Below, one piece after another: positions 36,530 through 40,000 of a stretch of 40,000 nt of DNA; the stretch's first letter is position 1, and every line of letters begins with the position of its first letter. The notes beneath the pieces are model-generated. The model was given only the letters and a program-made list of their open reading frames with translations, ran no database searches and was not told where the DNA came from. Origin of the DNA: Methanococcoides vulcani (lineage in GTDB: Archaea > Halobacteriota > Methanosarcinia > Methanosarcinales > Methanosarcinaceae); NCBI RefSeq assembly GCF_900111645.1, contig NZ_FOHQ01000003.1:73803-113802 (forward strand). The letters are read 5' to 3'. The position numbers and the translations under genes are program-made.

Positions 36530-36712
36530 ATGAAAGAACAATTGATGAAAGAACTAACGTGGTTTGCTGTTCTTTTGATTGCATTTTTGGGTTTAGTGAC
36601 GATCCTGTCACAAGAAAATAGCGGGATGGATATCTGGTCTTACGTCATAGTAACAACTGCTTTTACAGTTGTCTGGTTCATTAAGAGTTATTTTTTCAAA
36701 ACGTTTGGATAA
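36530..36712 (+). CDS. Possible small two-TM membrane protein
   Basis: MKEQLMKELTWFAVLLIAFLGLVTIL...IWSYVIVTTAFTVVWFI. No recognisable family and only a weak RBS. Confidence 0.35.
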   Translation: MKEQLMKELTWFAVLLIAFLGLVTILSQENSGMDIWSYVIVTTAFTVVWFIKSYFFKTFG

Positions 36713-36904
36713 CTGGTAAATGTTGGTTTCTGTCATGGATGGATCAGAACTAATATGGTCTTGTTTATGATACTCAAGACTGCTTAAAACAAAATTTGAT
36801 CTAAAAATTAATCCAAAAATAGATCGTGCGATCATGATAGAAATATTCTATCTAATCGCACATTTCACTTTGATCTTTATGAAAATATTATTATTCACAT
36901 CCAC

Positions 36905-37063
36905 TTAGTATTTTTTAGGTGGTCTGTGGCTCTGGAAGCATTCCCTGCAGTATACCGGTCTGTTTGGGTCCGGTACGAAAGGCACTTCTGTTTCCTGACC
37001 GCAGTCAGCACATTTTGCTTTGTGCATCTCTCTTGGTCCGTTGTTGAAACCTCTTCTTTCCAT
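36905..37063 (-). CDS. CxxC-x17-CxxC zinc-ribbon mini-protein (52 aa)
   Basis: My own translation is MERRGFNNGPREMHKAKCADCGQETEVPFVPDPNRPVYCRECFQSHRPPKKY. AAAGGGAGGAAAACAAATG provides a strong SD. It is below the ORF-track cutoff, and the listed plus-strand ORF 36926-37144 is its antisense shadow. It matches the small CxxC_CxxC family known from Methanosarcinales and bacteria. Confidence 0.75.
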   Translation of the reverse strand: MERRGFNNGPREMHKAKCADCGQETEVPFVPDPNRPVYCRECFQSHRPPKKY

Positions 37064-37556
37064 TTGTTTTCCTCCCTTTATATTTTATACCAATTCGATC
37101 CAAAAAGCCGCACTTGGGAATCTATTATTCTTGGGAGGTCTTGATGAACTAGTTGACTAATGCCACTCATGGTCTGACCAGATATATCACTGTTGGTTTT
37201 CAGATATCTGAAAACAATGGTAAGGCAGTAAAACGTTGAGCTGCTTTTCGAATGATCCTCAAAAGGGTGTTTATGAACTATTTATTGATCATGGATCTGA
37301 GAAGATCAAGGATGATCCCGGCATTTCAAATCGTTAAGCAGGCTCAGGCATTTACTGATGTGGTAATTATCACTTAGTTTGTGTGATTTTGCTTAATTTG
37401 TTTTATGTGACTGAATACAAACCTTATTAAAGATAGAGGACATTATACTCAATGAGTTTTTTTAAAGGTTTATGATAATTGGTAATGATTTATTTTCATT
37501 TTGTGAATGGATGACAAATGTTCATTCATTTTGTTATATTTGTTATGGGAGCTATA

Positions 37557-37760
37557 ATGTCCGATAAACCAAAATGTGCTTTTTACGGTGAAACTAATGA
37601 TGTTCATGCTTTGATCAGTTGTGTTATTAGAGCATTGGATAAAGCTGATATGAATAAAGAGAAACTTGAATACATCAGGAAGATCAATCATGAGGGGAAT
37701 ATGTTCGATTCAGCTATTAAAACGTCAAGTGATTATGTGGAATTTGTTGAAATTGAATAA
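37557..37760 (+). CDS. Hypothetical small protein (67 aa)
   Basis: MSDKPKCAFYGETNDVHALISCVIRALDKADMNKEKLEYIRKINHEG.... GGGAG lies 5 nt upstream of this ATG. The track ORF starts earlier, at 37518. No family recognised. Confidence 0.4.
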   Translation: MSDKPKCAFYGETNDVHALISCVIRALDKADMNKEKLEYIRKINHEGNMFDSAIKTSSDYVEFVEIE

Positions 37761-37874
37761 ATTCAAATATTTATTTTCAGGATATCTACTACCCTGATTT
37801 ATGCACAAGGTACAAAAATAACCTTCAAAATTCCCCTTTCCGGAATTTAATAGAACGAAACTTCTCACTAATTC

Positions 37875-38345
37875 TCAAAAATAACGTTTCGTTTTTGATA
37901 TCAGGAAGTCCGATATTATATGGATCTCCATTGACAGACACATCCCTGCTGTGGCTGCTAGAATGAACCTTAAAGGGATCTTGTACAGATCAACACCTAT
38001 AAGCAGCAGCAAAACTGCCACTATCAATGCAAGGTTAATCACAATGGAAAGGGGTCCGATGACAGGATTATGAGAAAATCCCCTGTGTTTGAATATAACC
38101 TTGTAGGGCCACCAGAGGATCTTGAACATCTTCCATCTTTTGTAGGGTTTGCTTTCGATATCAAGGTCCGGGCTAAGGAAGAATGTTGCAAACAGATAAG
38201 ATATAGAAAAGACCGATATCCTGTAAATATCCAGATATCCGACAGCCATCTCATTTTCCTTCCATATCGTAAGATAGGAAAGGCCTGCCAGTATAACTAT
38301 CAGCACTGCAATGTTTATCTTGTCATGTGTTTTTGCGTCTGGCAT
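37875..38345 (-). CDS. Membrane-bound metal-binding protein (DUF2227 / YdjM-like)
   Basis: MPDAKTHDKINIAVLIVI...FKHRGFSHNPVIGP... with 4 TM segments. The His-rich motif pattern fits the YdjM/DUF2227 family (from memory). Confidence 0.6.
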   Translation of the reverse strand: MPDAKTHDKINIAVLIVILAGLSYLTIWKENEMAVGYLDIYRISVFSISYLFATFFLSPDLDIESKPYKRWKMFKILWWPYKVIFKHRGFSHNPVIGPLSIVINLALIVAVLLLLIGVDLYKIPLRFILAATAGMCLSMEIHIISDFLISKTKRYF

Positions 38346-38505
38346 TGTTCATTCGTTTCCTTGATTTGAATTTTGATCTTTAATGATGTGGGTGATATTA
38401 TATCTTCGCATCATAGTACTGTTTCCATATCAGGAAACAAAAATGTTTCTGGGAAACATGCCTTTAGTTCAGGTCAAAATCTGATGTAAAACAGGGTTTC
38501 TGTGT

Positions 38506-38946
38506 TTACAGTAACCCCATCCAAAGTAAAATAGCGGCAAATACTCCGATCAGAATCAAGAAAACCAATATAAAAAGAATGTAATCTGCACGATCTGCTT
38601 TTTTGAATGGTATCTCAGCTGCATTCATTTTTTTTGAGGTGGTGTAAGCATCATAAACTCCATATATACATATTATTAGTCCCGGGATAAGAAAAGTAAC
38701 CCATCCAACAACAACACCTACTAATATTCCAATTCCTTTTCTAAGTTCACCGTTGTAAACTTGTCCTAAACCACTGAATAAAAGGGATAAAACAGCTGCT
38801 AATCCAGGATCCTTGGGAGATTGTAATGTTGGATCTCGTGTGCCAGTGGGAACTCCACATTTTGGGCACATTGCAGCTTTTTCATCAATCTCTGCTCTAC
38901 AATTTGAACAAAACGTCATTGGCTTTCCCATTAGTAAATCTTGCAC
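38506..38946 (-). CDS. Zinc-ribbon domain membrane protein (TM2-like C-terminal region)
   Basis: CSNCRAEIDEKAAMCPKCG ribbon followed by AAVLSLLFSGLGQVYNGELRKGIGILVG... and 3 TM helices. The start is ambiguous (GTG at 38946 or an internal ATG). Confidence 0.65.
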   Translation of the reverse strand: MQDLLMGKPMTFCSNCRAEIDEKAAMCPKCGVPTGTRDPTLQSPKDPGLAAVLSLLFSGLGQVYNGELRKGIGILVGVVVGWVTFLIPGLIICIYGVYDAYTTSKKMNAAEIPFKKADRADYILFILVFLILIGVFAAILLWMGLL

Positions 38947-39070
38947 AGTTCAATAACTTCTACTATTAAATAGAAACTATTTATAATGTTTGTTTTTAAG
39001 AATCACACTATAGCAATCTTATTCACTGTACAGATTTGAGAAGGTATTTTGAAAAAAGAATGGGGTCTTT

Positions 39071-40000
39071 TTACATATCCCTGTTATCAATGACCCTCTT
39101 GCTCTTCTTCTCACTGCGGGGGAGTTCTCCCATTCCGACGCATTCCACATCTACACTGATACCTATAAAGTCCCTGAAGGCTTTATACAGTACTTTTGCA
39201 GCTCCTGAATTTATTCCAGGGTCATTTGCACCATCGATCTCGACCCTGAAGAGCATTGAATCCCTGCCCTGTTTCCTTTCAAGAACTATCTGGTATTCGC
39301 TGCTGACGCCTTCGACCCTCTGTATGACATCCTCGATCTGGCCGGGATAGACGTTGACACCTTTGATCTTTATCCTGTCATCGGTACGTCCTAGCAAACG
39401 GTCTATGCGAGGGAAGGGGCAGCCACATTTGCAGGGTTCGGGGATGATGCGTGTAAGGTCCCTTGTCCTGTAGCGTATAAGGGGTGCACCTTCCTTTGTA
39501 AGAGTTGTTATGACAAGCTCCCCAAGGGTTCCATCGGGCAACCTCTCTTCTGTGACAGGGTCTATGATCTCAAAGAGCAGGTGGTCTGACCAGTAGTGAA
39601 GACCATCATGCATGGAGCAATCTATGGCAACACCGGGTCCGTATATCTCGGTGAGACCGAAGATGTCAAAGCTCTCGATCCCGAGCTCATCCTCGATACG
39701 GGACCTCATCTTAGGGCTCCAGCGCTCGGAACCTATGATCCCGACCTTCAGGTTGATATTGTTCCTCAAGCCTCTTTTGTTGATCTCCTCTGCAAGGAGG
39801 AGGGCGTAGGATGAGGTGCTTGCAAGTGCTGTGGACTTGAGGTCGAGCAGCATCTGCAACTGTTTTTCTGTATTTCCCGGTCCTGTTGGAACTGCCATTG
39901 CCCCGAGAAGCTCGGCACCTGCCTGAAAACCTATGCCTGCGGTCCAAAGTCCGTATCCGGGTGTGATCTGTATCCTGTCATTTCTGGTAAGACCTGCCAT
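39071..40000 (-). CDS. Phenylacetate-CoA ligase family (PaaK / coenzyme F390 synthetase-like) adenylating enzyme; 5' end outside the window
   Basis: AGLTRNDRIQITPGYGLWTAGIGFQAGAELLGAMAVPTGPGNTEKQ...SSYALLLAEE...FGLTEIYGPGVA...IRYRTRDL...GRTDDRIKIKGVNVYPGQIE are classic PaaK motifs. The Met at 40000 is internal to the family, so the gene is truncated by the window edge. Confidence 0.85.
   Translation of the reverse strand: MAGLTRNDRIQITPGYGLWTAGIGFQAGAELLGAMAVPTGPGNTEKQLQMLLDLKSTALASTSSYALLLAEEINKRGLRNNINLKVGIIGSERWSPKMRSRIEDELGIESFDIFGLTEIYGPGVAIDCSMHDGLHYWSDHLLFEIIDPVTEERLPDGTLGELVITTLTKEGAPLIRYRTRDLTRIIPEPCKCGCPFPRIDRLLGRTDDRIKIKGVNVYPGQIEDVIQRVEGVSSEYQIVLERKQGRDSMLFRVEIDGANDPGINSGAAKVLYKAFRDFIGISVDVECVGMGELPRSEKKSKRVIDNRDM

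Noticed and set aside
36608-36835. Minus-strand ORF 36608-36835 (75 aa) overlapping the small plus-strand membrane ORF.
   Set aside because: It has no RBS and no motifs, and it overlaps an equally weak ORF. I kept only the plus-strand two-TM candidate, at low confidence.
36926-37144. Track ORF 36926-37144 (+, 72 aa).
   Set aside because: It is antisense to the 52-aa CxxC-x17-CxxC gene, which has a strong SD and a recognisable family pattern.
39998-40000. ATG at the very window edge, used by the track as the start of the PaaK-like ORF.
   Set aside because: PaaK-family proteins have roughly 120 more N-terminal residues. The sequence AGLTRNDR is internal to the family, so the gene is truncated by the window and does not start here.

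Overview
The window looks like a chromosomal segment of a methanogenic archaeon, probably Methanosarcinales. This is inferred from gene content: TFE, proteasome beta, aCPSF1, NMD3, geranylgeranyl reductase, a SAMP-like protein, a CxxC-x17-CxxC mini-protein and a TiaS-like/IorA-like pair. Most of the window is ordinary housekeeping. It contains a partial secreted CobN-like protein with six near-identical tandem domain repeats (1-4422, minus). A core block follows at 5.2-22.3 kb (GGR, NMD3, ATP-grasp, tfe-HD-psmB-aCPSF1, HAD, SAMP, wHTH regulator, Na+/solute symporter with a mini-subunit, MobB-MoaE, RadC). A complete pstSCAB-phoU operon lies at 28.96-33.07 kb (minus), followed by pyrC, a KaiC-like ATPase, several small or membrane proteins and a partial PaaK-like ligase. 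The exception is a roughly 6.6 kb lower-GC accessory island (about 22.32-28.95 kb) between the IorA-like gene and the phoU terminator. It carries a stand-alone Cas1 (casposase-like, catalytic residues present, C-terminal HTH). No CRISPR array, cas2, other cas genes or PolB are visible in the window. The island also holds two direct copies of a roughly 90-120 bp repeat with a perfect 27-bp core, and copy B folds into a 15-bp perfect hairpin. These copies bracket cas1 plus a very AT-rich orphan membrane glycoprotein gene. Further along are a beta-helix surface protein, an inverted 3' remnant of a second cas1, a staphylococcal-nuclease-fold protein with an uncharacterised C-terminal domain, and a decayed HTH ORF. 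I consider this island the best candidate for something undescribed, either a non-canonical or decayed casposon or a Cas1-solo module. Everything about its function is inference. No rRNA, tRNA or CRISPR array was found.
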